Part shown: piece after piece, positions 50,051 through 61,960 of the stretch | How the letters are laid out: the number at the start of each line of letters is the position of its first letter | Position numbering within the stretch: the stretch's first letter is position 1 | Notes under the pieces: generated by a model | Database searches by the model: none | Seen by the model: the letters and a program-made list of their open reading frames with translations, nothing else | Told to the model about the DNA's origin: nothing | Position numbers and translations under genes: made by a program | Source: Scyliorhinus canicula | Taxonomy: Eukaryota | Assembly (NCBI RefSeq): GCF_902713615.1 | Contig: NC_052163.1 | Span: 84,555,721-84,619,720, forward strand | DNA length: 64,000 nt | Direction: 5' to 3'

Positions 50051-51299
50051 CCCAGCCCACGGTCTAATCATGCGTCTTGTCCTGTGTCTTGCAGGACCTG
50101 CTGGTGATGGGGTGGGTCCATCTGGTGTCCCTGCCCTCAGCCAGTGCGACAGCCAGGGCCCCCCCATGAGCCGAGCACTGACGACGAGAGCAGCAAGGAC
50201 AGCAGCCTTTGACCCGAGACTCAGGACACCCCGGAGCTCGAGTCTGAGGATGGCGTGGATTTCCCATCACAGCGTCTCCAACACCCTCCATCATCCCAGA
50301 GACACTCACCTCGGTTGCAGATTTTAGTGAAGAGGCTCCTGGGACACTATCTGGTGCGCACCCCACAGCTAATCTGGTACATCCAGTGAAGGTATAAACA
50401 GGGCTGGGAGGAAGTAGGGGTGGTGGGTGTGAGGGTGGGGGTTAGACACCAGTTAGGTGAGGGAGTGGACTGTCGGAGGGCAGACTGACCCCAGGAACTA
50501 GCTGCCGCTCAAACGGGTTTCGGGCTTAAGGAACGGACAGTCCCATCGATTGTGGAGATTCAGTCGCAGAGCCAGGGACTACATGAGGGGTTGTCAGCGA
50601 GTATCCAGCACCTACAGGTGCAGGAGCAGGAGGAGGTGCTGACCGCGCGTGCCACCTAGGCCAACACCGTACGGGTGGCGTCCGCGGTGGAGGTATTGAG
50701 GGCAACGGTTACGGACAGGGATCAGCATGTCCAAGCCCTGGGGCATTCTGCGCAGGTGCTGGCCGAGGCCCAGGAGACATTTTCTGCCTCGTAGGCGACC
50801 ATGTCCCAGAGCCACCTGGAAATTGCAGTGGTGTTCCTGAGCATGGCCCAGTCACAGCAGGCCTCCTCCACTCCTGATCCCGCCTGGAGATCAACCTAGA
50901 CGTAGCATTAGGGCCCCATAAGGCCAGAAGGTTAGACACCAGTTAGGTTGGCAGGGCACAGTTTAATTATAGGGGCTAGGGCACAAATCTGTACATACGT
51001 TGTCACATTAAACACCCGATCACACTGTTACAACCTTCCTCGGTGCTCTGTCAGATGGGTGTAAAGGGTGGGCTGGTCTGGGACGGCCAGAGAGGAGGTG
51101 CCGGGGGGGGGGGGGGGGGGGGGGGGGGCAACTACCTTGGAGACAGATGCCTCAGAGAAAGGTCTGGGAGTATGCATACTACAAAAAGGCAAACTAAATG
51201 CATTTGTTTCAAAATTGCTGTCTGCAATCCAACTACTCCAACTTCGGAATCTTTTTTGGAATCTTGTGCTTTCATACCTACTTATTTCGCTATATATTT

Positions 51300-52520
51300 A
51301 CGATGGAGAGTGACGAAAAGCCACTAGAGATTAGTTGGTGAAAACCATTGACCAGTGCAACACCAGTGCTGCAACATCTCTTGATAAATATTCAGGGTTA
51401 TGACTCTGAGGTTAGGCCCAAGTCAGGCAACTTGATGGTGACATCAGATACATTTAGCAGATAGCCTAAACCAACAAGAATAGAAGATATATCCTTGGAA
51501 CTCCAAATTGGCTTCATTGACATCAAACTTGGAGATATTCCCCAAATTGATCAGATACATTGTGTAGAATGCAGATGGCAGCAGTTACAAGAAGATATGC
51601 CATCATGGGAGGATGGCCAAATTCAATTCAGCAGATCCAAGAACACATGAGATCATTTTTGCCTTATCAGGGTGAACCGAGCACTTCCCATGAAGTCATT
51701 TTTAAAGGCAGTGAGGTCATCGTACTGGAATTTTAGTGACGGATAATTTCATCACCTCCGCCTGAGCAGAGATCAGGCAAGAAGACTTGCTGGAGGCCGG
51801 CCTGGAGTTTCTGGCCCCACTGTGGGTGGAGCAGGCCAGCCAAAGTCCACTGATTTTCAGCGAGGCCGGAAAATCCCAGCAGCAGGCAGGGATTGAAAAT
51901 CACAGCCATGGTCTATTGGCCAGATATGAACAATGACATTGAAGGTATCGTCAAGACGTGCAGGGTACGCCAAGTCAGCACAAAGAACTATTGATTCCTC
52001 ATGAAGTTACCACCCATCCTTCGTCCAGAATCACATCCGACCTCTTTTATTTGCATGACATTGACGTCATCATCATCATCATCAGCTACTTTACTGAATA
52101 GCCTGTTATTCAACAGTTGGACAATACCTCAATCACAACTCTTGCACATGCTCCTAGAATTACGTTTAGTCTATTTTGTGTGCCAGGGAGATCATTACGG
52201 ATAATGGTCTGCAATTTATTGGTAAACCATTTCAGGGTATGTGTGAGAAGTGGAATATAAATCACACTATTTTTCCTCCTCATTGCCCAAGATTTAAGGA
52301 CCTAGCCCCATGAATGATTCATAGGAGAAATCCCTAATTCTCAAATATAGTAAGAAGTCTTACAACACCAGGTTAAAGTCCAACAGGTTTGTTTCAAATC
52401 ACTAGCTTTCGGAGCGCAGCTCCTTTCTCAAATATAGACAGACCAAGCAAGATCTACACATTGAAATCTTACATCTTAGAATAACACCTTTAAGTACAAC
52501 TATTCTTTCATCAGCAGGGT
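51300..52520 (+). mobile_element. Old Ty3/gypsy RNase H/integrase remnant with nested inserts
   Basis: VYWPDMNNDIEGIVKTC (51910-51965) and DNGLQFIGKPFQGMCEKWNINHT (52200-52270). Confidence 0.7.
52351..52424 (-). mobile_element. 74-bp 5'-truncated Penelope-type terminal repeat with the 3' half of a hammerhead motif
   Basis: TSD TTCTCAAATATAG (52338-52350, 52425-52437); minus strand A GGAGC-TGC-GCTCC GAAA GCTA GTGAT... Confidence 0.75.
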
Positions 52521-52639
52521 TCACGTTGCATGATCAGAGCTGAATCGCACCAATTTTACGATCCCCTTGCTGTCATAAAGCGGGATGCAATTCAGTGTTC
52601 CACGCCATGCAAGTACGGGGGTGACCTGACCCATTCCCC

Positions 52640-52800
52640 CAAGGGCCCCTGTGATAGGGAACCCCGCCCCCCCTGAGGGATTCTGTTATAGGGGGACTCC
52701 CCCTAGGGGCCCCTGTAATAGGGGAACCCCCCACAGGGACCTGCAATATGGCTCCCTCCCCAGGGACCCCTGAAATATGGCTCCCTCCCAAGAGACAGCT
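52640..52800. repeat. Degenerate ~30-bp minisatellite in a GC-rich MITE-like element
   Basis: About five units of (C/T)AGGG(G/A)CCCCTG..ATA(G/T)GG..CCCC. Confidence 0.6.
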
Positions 52801-53399
52801 GTATTAGGAGGACCTCCACAGTGAATCATATCTAAATGAACCCCCTCCACAGACCTTCCCCACACACAGATCCCTCCCCCTACACACAGACTCCCCCCAG
52901 AAAATGGGCCCCTGTCTGGAAGCTAGGGAGTAGTCCAGACAGGGGCAGTGTGAAGCATTATAGCAGTAATACTTACCTTGCACTGAGTCCATTCCTCAAA
53001 GGAGAGCACTGTGCCTGTCAGGTTCCCACAGGTCAATTATCTGCAAGTCATTCATAGCTTTCTAGTAGTGACAGCTCGTAAAAACCATCTGCAGCTTTGA
53101 TCCATTCATATCCGTTCAGGCTTCAGTGACCCAAGCGGTGAAACCCCAATGTTTGTAAACACTAACCACATCAAAGAGAGGTAAGTGCAGTGAAATCACC
53201 TGCTTGAGTGATTGGATGGGCAGCTGGTTTGTGATGTAGAGCAAGGCTACAGTGCAGGTTCATTCCTGTACTGGCTGAGGATATACATGAGCCTTGCCCC
53301 TCACTGCCTGTTAGGTCTCCCCTTCAAAAGGGAAAAGCAGCCTATGGTCATCTGGGACTAAGGTAACTTTATTTTTTTAAATAGAAAATAGCAGAATGT

Positions 53400-54010
53400 G
53401 TTACTGGAAGAACAAAAGACTGTGGTGGTGAGGGGAAGAGGTTTTTCATGGTGGCATCATGCTTGAGCTGGTAGAAATGCTGGAGGATGATCCTTTGAAT
53501 GCAGAGGCTGGTGGGGTGAAAAATGATGACAAACACCAGCCTCGCATGATTTTGGGAGCGAGTGGAAGGGGTGAGAGCAGAGGTGCCGGAGAAGGGTTGG
53601 ACACATTACAATGTGCTGCCAACCAGAGTTGGGAGGAAACCTTGGTTAAGGTAAAACTCTGACATACCAGAAGCACTGTTTCGCAGGTGACATCATCGGA
53701 ACAGATGCAACGGAGGTGGAGAAACTGGGAGAATGGGATGGATACAGCTGGCGTGATATGAGGAGCTGTAGTCAATGTAGCTGTGGGAATTGGAGGTCTT
53801 GGAATGAATATTGGTCGTCAGTCTATCACCGGAAATGGAGGCAGAAAAGTCAAGGAGGGGAAGGGAAGGGAGATGGTGGAGGTGGCAGAGAAGGTGGGAG
53901 AAAAGTGGAGATTGGAATAAAAATTGATAAATGTTTCCAGGTCCAAGTAAGAACATGGTGTGGCACTGAAACAGTTATCAATGTAATAGAGTTCTCGCAG
54001 GGGACCTGAA
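53400..54010 (-). mobile_element. Penelope-like element RT C-terminal fragment
   Basis: FLDFSASISGDRLTTNIHSK..SHSYIDYSSS..IPFSQFLHLRCICS..HPTSLCIQRII, typical of PLE RT thumb/linker. Confidence 0.8.
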
Positions 54011-54346
54011 ACATCGTCTTAAAGATCATCCATTGTTCTGTTGCAGTTTCTCCTGTCAAATCTTTGGTTCCACTTCACCCTGGCTGGATCCCCTCTCAAA
54101 CCTTTGAAGTGAGACATCTTCCAAATTAGAAGTTCTGCTTTTTATTGCCTCTTGCTCGTCTCCATTGCTAATTTAAACTTTTGATACAATAATGACATGC
54201 ACCAAGTGTTGCCCCAAAGTCACTTGGTCATCTTGAACCACCTCATTCCCTAGCAGCAGACACAATAATACGTCCATCCTTGTAGATTGAGAACATATTG
54301 ATGAAGGAAATTCTTCCCTTCCCCACACCCTTTTAAATAAACATTT

Positions 54347-54521
54347 AATAATAATAATAGCTTATTGGCACAAGTAGGCTTCAATGAAGTTACTGTGAAA
54401 AGCCCCTAGTCGCCACATTTCGTTGCCTGTTCAGGGAGGCCGGTATGGGAATTGAACCCGTGCTGTTGGCCTTATTCTGCATTAGAAGCCAGCTGTTTAG
54501 CCCACTGTGCTAAATCAGCCC
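54347..54521 (-). mobile_element. tRNA-derived SINE with (ATT)n tail
   Basis: Minus strand GGGCTGATTTAGCACAGTGGGCTAAACAGCTGGC..GGGTTCAATTCCC..GACTAGGGGCTTTTCACAGTAACTTC. Confidence 0.75.
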
Positions 54522-54529
54522 GCATGTGC

Positions 54530-54660
54530 GCAATTATTTTTTTCCCAATAAAGGGGCCATTTAGTGTGGCCAACCCACCTACTCTGCACATCTTTGGGTT
54601 GTTGGGGTGAGACCCACGCATACACGGGGAGAATATGCAAACTCCTCACAGACAATGACC
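54530..54660 (-). mobile_element. V-SINE short subfamily fragment
   Basis: Reverse-complement similarity to 6250-6390. Confidence 0.7.
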
Positions 54661-54709
54661 CCCCCCCCCCCCCCCCCCCCCCACCCCGCCTTCTCCACAC
54701 TCTTTACTC

Positions 54710-55410
54710 ACATTGATTATTCACTTTAAGTTCCTGGGGGTCATCATCATCAACAAATTGTCCTGGACCACTCACGTTGATGCCACAGTTAAGAAAGCCC
54801 AACAACGTCTCTACTTCCTACGGAAGCTAAAGAAATTCGGCATGTCTGCATCGACTCTCACAAACTTCGGCAGATGTGCCATAGAGAGCATCCTATCCGG
54901 TTCGGTATGGCAACTGCTCGGCCCAAGATCGCAAGAAACTGCAAAATGAGGTGAACTCAGCCCAAGGCATCGCACATGTTTGCCATGCTCCCATTGATTC
55001 TGTCTACACCTCCCCCTACCTCAGGAAGGCAGACAGCATTGTCAGAGACCCCTCCCACCCAGGCTTTGCCTTCTTCCAGACCCTTCCATCAGGCAGAAGA
55101 TACTGAAGTCTGAAGACCCATATATCCAGACTTAGGAACAGCTTCTTCCCACAGCTACTAGATCCCTCAACGACTCTCCCTCGGACTGATTTGATCCCCA
55201 TTAGACATTATTCACAACACTATATGCTGCTCTATTACTTATGTCGTATTTTGCCCTTGTTCCATACTGTAACTAATTACTTATTTGTCGATGTACAGTG
55301 TACTTTTTTGCATTCACTGTAACTATCTACTTTTTTTTGTGTACGTTTCCTTGGCCGCAGAAAAATACTTTTCACTGTACATTGGTACTTGCGACAATAA
55401 ATAAATCAAA
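54710..55410 (+). mobile_element. Rex1/Babar LINE 3' fragment
   Basis: FKFLGV..LSWTTHVDATVKKAQQRLYFLRKLKKFGMS..AIESILSG; (TCAAA)n tail. Confidence 0.85.
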
Positions 55411-55439
55411 TCAAAAATCAAATCAAACCAATATTTAGA

Positions 55440-55960
55440 TAATTAAAGTCCTTAAATGTCACAACTTAATAGTTCTATTGGTTGTGATTTCCCTGCAGAT
55501 ATGTTCCTCTATCACTCTCACTATTTGGAGAGATATAGGGTACCCCCTGTAGCACAATCATACCCTTTTACTTTCTCAACTCTATTTAAATGGACTCTGC
55601 TATTGTCCCTTCAAGGACATTCTCTCTTTCCAATGCGGCAATGCCTTCCCTAATCAGTACTGCCACCCCACCCCGCTCCCCTTCCCTATCTTTTCTGAAC
55701 ACTTTGTATTGTTGAATATTAAATGCCCAGTCATCACCATTTGTAAACCACATTTCCTTTATTGTCAATTCATCATGAACCCCCTTAGTTATTTGTGCTT
55801 GTAATTCTACAATCCTACTCACAACAGTTTTGTTTTTATGTGCAGTTGTATTCTTCATAGTCTTTCCTAATCTGCTTCATTTTAATATTGTATTACTTCC
55901 TTATTTAGTACTGTCCAACACTCACTTTTTTATGCACCTGATCATTTTTTAAATTTCAAG
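55440..55960 (-). mobile_element. CR1 endonuclease fragment
   Basis: ELQAQI..EMW..DDWAFNIQQYKVFRKDREGERGGVAVLIRE. Confidence 0.7.
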
Positions 55961-55999
55961 ATACTTGTGCCCGTTCCCTTGCCAATTTAGTTTGAATCC

Positions 56000-57460
56000 T
56001 CCCCAACATGCTAAAGACGCTTCTTTTATTCACGGGATGTGGGCGTACCTGACTAGGCCAATCAAGTGGGCTGCTTTGCCCTGGATGGTGCCGAGCTTCT
56101 TAAGAGGGATGGAGCTGCACTCACCCAGGCAAGTGGGAAGTATTCCATCACACTCCTGACTTGTGCCTTGTAGATGATGGACAGGCTTGGGAGAGTCAGG
56201 AAGTGAGATACTCACCACAGAATTTCTAGCCTCTGACCTGTTCTTACAGAAATAGTACTTATATGGTGAGGCTAGTTCAGTTTCTGGTCAATGAGAATCC
56301 ACAGGATGTTGATCATGGAGGATTCAGCGATGGTAATGCCATTGGATGCCAGGAGGCAATGGTTGGATTCTCACTTGTTGCAGATAGTCATTGCCTGGCA
56401 CTTATGTGGCATCAATGTAACTTGCTACTTGTCAATCGAAGCCTGGATAGTGTCCAGATCTTGCTGCATTTGGAAATGGGCTGCTTAAGTGTCTGAGGAG
56501 TTACAAATAGTGCTGAACATGGTGCAGCCATCAGCAAACTTCCCCATTTCTGACCTTATGATGGAAGGGAGGTCACTGATGTAGCAGCTGAAGATGATTG
56601 GGCCGAGGACACTACCCTGAGGAACTCCTGCATTGATGTTCTGGAGCTGAGATGACCAACCTCCAACCACCACAACCATCTTCTTTCGTGCCAAATGACT
56701 CCAACCAGTGGAGGGGTTTTCCGTTGTTTCCCATTGATGACATTTTTGCCAGGGCTCCTTGATGCCACTTTTGATCCATCACTGCCTTGATGTCAAGGGC
56801 AGTCACTCTCACCTCACCTCTGACATTCAGCTCATTTGACCATGTTTAAACCAAGGCTGTAATGAGACCAGGAGCAGTGTGACCCTGATGGAACCCAAAC
56901 TGAACATCAATGAGCAGGTTATTGTTGAGTAAGTGCCGATTGATAGCACTGTTGATGACTTCTCCCATCACTTTACTGATGACTGAGAGTAGACTGATGG
57001 GGCGGTAATTAGCCAGGGTGCACAGGACTAACCTGAGAGATTTTACAGATTGCCAGGTAGATGCCGGTGCTGTAACTGTACTTGAACAACTTGGTTGGGA
57101 ATGCACCAAGTTTTGGAGACAATTCTTCAAACCTATTACCGGAATATTGTCGGGGTTCATTGTCTTCGCAGCATCAAATGCCTCGAGCTGTTTCCTGATA
57201 TCACATGAAGTGAATCGAATTGGCTGTAGACTGACATATGTGATGCTGGGGATCTCCAGAGGAGGCCAAGATGGATTACCTACTCGGCACTTCCGGCTGA
57301 AGATTGTTGTGAATGCTTCAGCCTTATCGCTTGCACTGGGTTCCTCCATCATTAAGGGTGAGGATATTTGTGGAACTTCCTCGTTCAGTGAGTTGTTTAA
57401 TTGGACACCATTATTTATGTCTGAATGGGGCAGGCGTGCAGGGCTTACATCTGATCCAAT
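56000..57460 (-). mobile_element. CR1-group LINE RT fragment
   Basis: NYRPISLLSVISKVM..QFGFHQGH; ALDIKAV.D; [26 protein letters not shown]. Confidence 0.85.
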
Positions 57461-57499
57461 GTTTGTGAAAGTAGTCTATTAATAATAATAATAATAATA

Positions 57500-59414
57500 T
57501 TACTTGCTGCCGCCATCTTTGTCAACCCCCGACACGTGCGGACCGAGGGCGCCGCCACCTTATCCACCCCAAGATCATCAGGCGCCGCCATCTTGTCTCC
57601 CCCACGGCACATGGGTGCCACCACCATTCCAGGACCCGTGAGCCCGGGCACCCCATCGTTTGACACCAGCGACAACCAGCCGCAACTCGCCTCGGTCACG
57701 ATTGACCAGTCTCGTCCGCACAATCTAGCCACCGCCACGACAAGCGCAAAGATCGATGGGCACGGGATCTCCTGCCTGCTGGACTCCGGGAGCACCGAAA
57801 GCTTAATCCATCCAGATACGGTAAGGAGCTGCTCCCTCGCGGTACACCCCGCTAACCAGAGAATCTCTCTGGCCTCCGGGTCCCACTCCGTGGCGATCCG
57901 GGGGTACTGTATAGCCACGCTCACAGTCCAGGGCGTAGAATTCAGCGGCTTCCGCCTCTACGTCCTCCCCAACCTCTGCGCTGCCTTGCTACTCTGCCTG
58001 GACTTCCAGTGTAACCTCCAGAGCCTAACACTGAAATTCGGCGGGCCCCTACCACCCCTTACTGTGTGTGCCCTCGCGACCCTAAAGGTCGACCCACCTT
58101 CCCTATTTGCAAACTTAACTCCGGATTGCAAACCCGTCACCACCAGGAACAGACAGTACAGCGTCCAGGACAGGACCTTCATCAGGTCCGAAGTCCAGCG
58201 ACTGCTTCGGAAGGCATCATCGAGGCCAGCAACAGCCCCTGGAGAGCCCAAGTGGTAGTGGTGAAATCTGGGAAGAAACACAGGATGGTCGTGGACTACA
58301 GCCAGACCATCAATCGGTACATGCAGCTCGACACGTACCCCCTCCCACGCATATCTGATATGGTCAATCAGATTGCACAGCACCGGGTCTTCTCAACTGT
58401 GGGCCTGAAACCCGCCTACCACCAGCTTCCCATTCGCAAGGCGGACCGCCCATTCACTGCCTTCGAGGCAGATGGCCACATCTACCATTTTCTCAGGGTT
58501 CGCTTCGGCGCCACCAACAGGGTCTCGGTCTTCCAAAGGGAGATGGACCGAATGGTTGACCGGTACAGGCTGCGGGCCACTATCCCGTACCTGGACAACG
58601 TCACCATCTGTGGCCACAATCAGCAGGACCACGATGCCAATCTTGACAAATTTCTCCACACCGCCTCTCTCCTAAACCTCACCTATAATAATGAGAAGTG
58701 CGTATTCAGCACGAACCACTTAGCCATCCTCGGCTATGTGGTCTAGAACAGAGTTCTGGGGCCCGATCCCGACCGCATGCGCCCCCTCATGGAGCTCCCC
58801 CTTTCCCACTGTCCCAAAGCCCTCAAGCGCTGCCTGAGGTTCTTTTCTTACTACACCCAGTGGGTCCCACACTATGCGGACAATGCCCGCCCATTCATCC
58901 AGTCCACCCTTTTTCCCCTGACGGCCCAGGCTCAACAGCCCTTCAACTGTATTAGAGCCAACATCGTCAAGGCCGCGATGCACGCAATTGACAAGACGTT
59001 GCCCTTTCAAATGGAGAGCGACGCATCAGACATTGCTCTAGCCACCACGGTCAATCAGGTAGGGAGGCCCATGGCATTCTTTTCCCGCACCCTTCATGCC
59101 TCTGAAATTCAGCACCCCTTTGTCAAAAAAGAGGCCCAAGCCATCGTTGAAGTGGGCAACTTTGGAGGCTTCACCTAGCCGGCAAGAGATTCACCCTCCT
59201 CACTGACCAATGGTCGGTAGCCTTTATGTTTAACAACACTCAATGGGCAAGATCAAGAACGATAAAATCTTGAGGTGGAGGATCGAGCTCTCCACCTACA
59301 ATTACGTAATTTTGTATCGCCCCGGTAAGCTCAACGAGGCCCCAGATGCTCTATCCTGAGGTACATGTGCCAGCGCACAAGTAGACCGACTCCGGACCCT
59401 GGACGACAAACTTT
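57500..59414 (+). mobile_element. Second Ty3/gypsy copy (gag end, protease, RT, RNase H, start of IN), decayed
   Basis: Protease CLLDSGSTES; RT with YLDN; RNase H ESDASDIALA; colinear with 1-1560; cut by the MITE at 59415. Confidence 0.93.
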
Positions 59415-60225
59415 GGGCGCGATTCTCTGCAACGGCTGATGCCAGAGTGAAACCCGGAATGTTTCACTCCGGCATCAGAGGCCGCTCCTCGACCCCTATT
59501 CTCCACCACCCCCCCCCCCCACCAACCCCCCCCCCCCACCCACCCCCACCACCCCCCCACCCCCACCCCTCCGCTCCCCGGGGGGCTAGGAGCGGCGTTG
59601 CGTGAAACTTGGCAGCCGGGCCTTGACGCTTGCGACAAAGCGACGCGCCGAGAATGATGCGGCCGGCGGCGCCTAAGTGACGTCAGCCGCGCATAGGGTT
59701 GTCCCCGGAATGGGGTGGGATACAGGAGTTGACGTGGTGCTGCCATGAGCGACTGCTCTTCCCAATACCTCCGCCCTACCCTCCCATGGCAGCCAACCCT
59801 TGCGGAGGGTCCCCCACCCCCTGCCGGCCACTTGGGTGGCAAGCCCAGCCCCCTGGGCTCTTTACCCATGAGCAAAGATGGCTACTCACCTCCTTGGCTC
59901 CTCACAGAACCCCTTCTGCCAGGTCCACGTTTTTTAAAAGGAGCACTAATCAGCGCCAGCCTGAGCACTTGCTTGGGAGGCTGCTGAATGACGAGAGGCC
60001 GTTGGATATGGGGTGGCTCCCATTAATTGTATGGAAATGGGGTTTAAGTGGTGATAATTGGTTTTTCGCTACGTTACAACGAATCCCGATTTTGTCTCGG
60101 GGTGCGGGCCAGTTGCATCGCAAACTGTTCGGCGCCCGGCGTGGATCTTGTTTTTGGCCCCTTCCAATATTCACTGGCCTTGTTACGCTTGAACAGGAGG
60201 GTAACGAGGCCGGAGAATCGTGCCC
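59415..60225. mobile_element. PIF/Harbinger-type MITE (811 bp)
   Basis: TIRs GGGCGCGATTCTCT / GGAGAATCGTGCCC; flanks TTT/TAT. Confidence 0.8.
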
Positions 60226-60859
60226 TATAATTCCTCTCCCCGAAGGGTAACCCTCCCTGACCTGCACCCAGGTCAGCTTTTTTAGTCTGTGTTTTTTCCC
60301 TTGTTAAGGGAAAACCCTGCTCCAGAGGAGTTCATACTCAGCTGCGTAAGAGGAAAAACAAATGGAGCACAGTCCATGGCTCCCAAAGGGGTTCTAACAT
60401 TAGTGCCACATAACACGATGGAGAGTATCCTCGAAGTGAAAGCAGGATGTTTTCTGCACAAGGCCCGTGAGGTGATCACTCCTACCGATCCTGACAGGTG
60501 CAGCTGCAGCAGGCAGGTGAAGATGAGTATGCTTTTCATTCGCGTTGGTTCCCTCACGGCTTGACCCAGTCTAATAGCCATGTTCCTTATGACCCAGCCA
60601 GCTTGGTCTGTGCTGGTACTACTGAGCCACTTATTAAAAAATGTATTTTATTCCAGACATATTCAAAAGTACAAAAACATCTCAGTTTACAGTTTGCCAA
60701 TCTCCCTGGGTACACCCCCCCCAATCGCAGACTGTATGACCGGGCTCTCAGTATACCTGCTCAATGCCAGCGGTAGCTCAATGCCAGCGGTAATGCTGCT
60801 GTTACCATGGCCCTCAGGCTGGACCCCCTACAGGAATTCTGACCCCTATCCTTCTCATC

Positions 60860-61960
60860 ACTGCCTCACCTTCTCTACATTGCCAGCAGATTTGATAACA
60901 TCAACTCCCCTTTCTGCCTCTGCAACAGGGCCCTCTTCACCCTCGGTACCTTCCTCGCCCATATAAAGTCTAAAATCGTTGCGTCCAGTTTCCGGAAAAA
61001 GGCTTTTGGAATAAAGATCGGGAGGGTCTGGATTACAAAAAGGAACCTTGATAGGACGTTCATTTTTATCACCTGGACCTTCCCCAGTGTCAGGTGTAAT
61101 GTATCCCTGTCTTAAAGTGCTCCCTGACCTCCTCCATCAACTTTGTTAGGTTCCATTTGTGTATCGTCGCCCACTCCCTCATCACCTAGACCCCCAAATA
61201 CCTAAACCTATCCCCAGCAACCCGAAATGTCAACACCCACAGATTGGTTTCCCAACCCACCTCATTGACCAGAAGCACCTCACTTTTTCCAACATTCAGC
61301 TTATAGCCCGAGAAGGCCCTGAATCTCTCTATTATGTCCATAATTCTCCCCCTCGTAATCCCTTGCCACTGTGCTGACCCCCTAAGGGCCATTGTCAAGG
61401 GCTCTATCACCAGGGCAAACAAAACGGCGACAGCAGACACCCCTGGCTCATTCCCCTGTGGAACCCGAAGCTCTATGAACGCATCTCGTTTGTCCGTACG
61501 CTCGCCACTGGGGGCCACGTACAACGGGCGTTTGTGTACCCACACCACAACTTCGGCCCGAAACCAAACCTTTCCAGAACTTCAAACAGGTAATGCCACT
61601 CGGTCCAAAGCCTTCTCCACGTCCGTAGAGACCACTACCTCTGGTACCCATCCCCTCGACGGGGTCATGATCTCACTTAATAAGCGCCGAATGTTATTGG
61701 AAAGTTGCCTATCCTTCACGAAGCCCATTTGGTCCTCTGCAACCACCCCAGAATGCATCCTTCCATCCTCCCCGCCACTAACTTATCCAACACTTTCAAA
61801 TCCACATTTAACAATGATGTGGGCCTGTATGACCCACACTCTAGCGGGTCCTTCCCCTTCCTTGGAATTAGTGTGATCGATGCCTGTGTCAGTGTCTCCG
61901 GCAGCTCCTCCTCCTCCAGCGCCTCACTAAACATCCCCAATAAATGTGGTGCCGACTCCT
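60860..61960 (-). mobile_element. L1/Tx1-clade RT fragment, old
   Basis: TQASITLIPRKGKDPLECGSYRPTSLLNVD; LFALVIEPL; KMNVLSRFLFVIQTLPIFIPK. Confidence 0.8.

Larger units (their letters stand above)
44853..50900 (+). pseudogene. Harbinger Myb/SANT-like DNA-binding protein gene (multi-exon), disrupted
   Basis: Joining 44853-44961 to 48747 gives MAARPSAPRFTGAELETFLDAVEERQVTLFPGPGRRLPPAAIRHAWLHMAEVVSATNNTVRTGQQCLKKLHNLLRAAR (Myb_DNA-bind_5-like). Exon 2 at 49116-49271 (EKTAHNRRE.EKT[fs]GGGPPDL..AEQRALDVVG|GTGAGT); exon 3 from 50095 (TTGCAG|). Confidence 0.8.
44592..51100 (+). mobile_element. Large PIF/Harbinger element remnant (left TIR plus Myb/SANT gene; no transposase or right TIR seen)
   Basis: Left TIR (T)GGCTGGATTCTCC, same family as the MITEs, followed by the Myb/SANT ORF; recognisable sequence ends at a poly-G run. 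Confidence 0.7.

Noticed and set aside
49011-50327. 438-aa Pro/His/Thr-rich ORF (and the 204-aa ORF at 49187)
   Set aside because: Product of the T-poor (CACCCT)n minisatellite, which lies in an intron bounded by GTGAGT and TTGCAG.
60483-60539. Signal-peptide-like MKSILIFTCLLQLHLSGS on the minus strand
   Set aside because: No octamer, no phase-1 donor, and no V exon or RSS downstream; likely chance.
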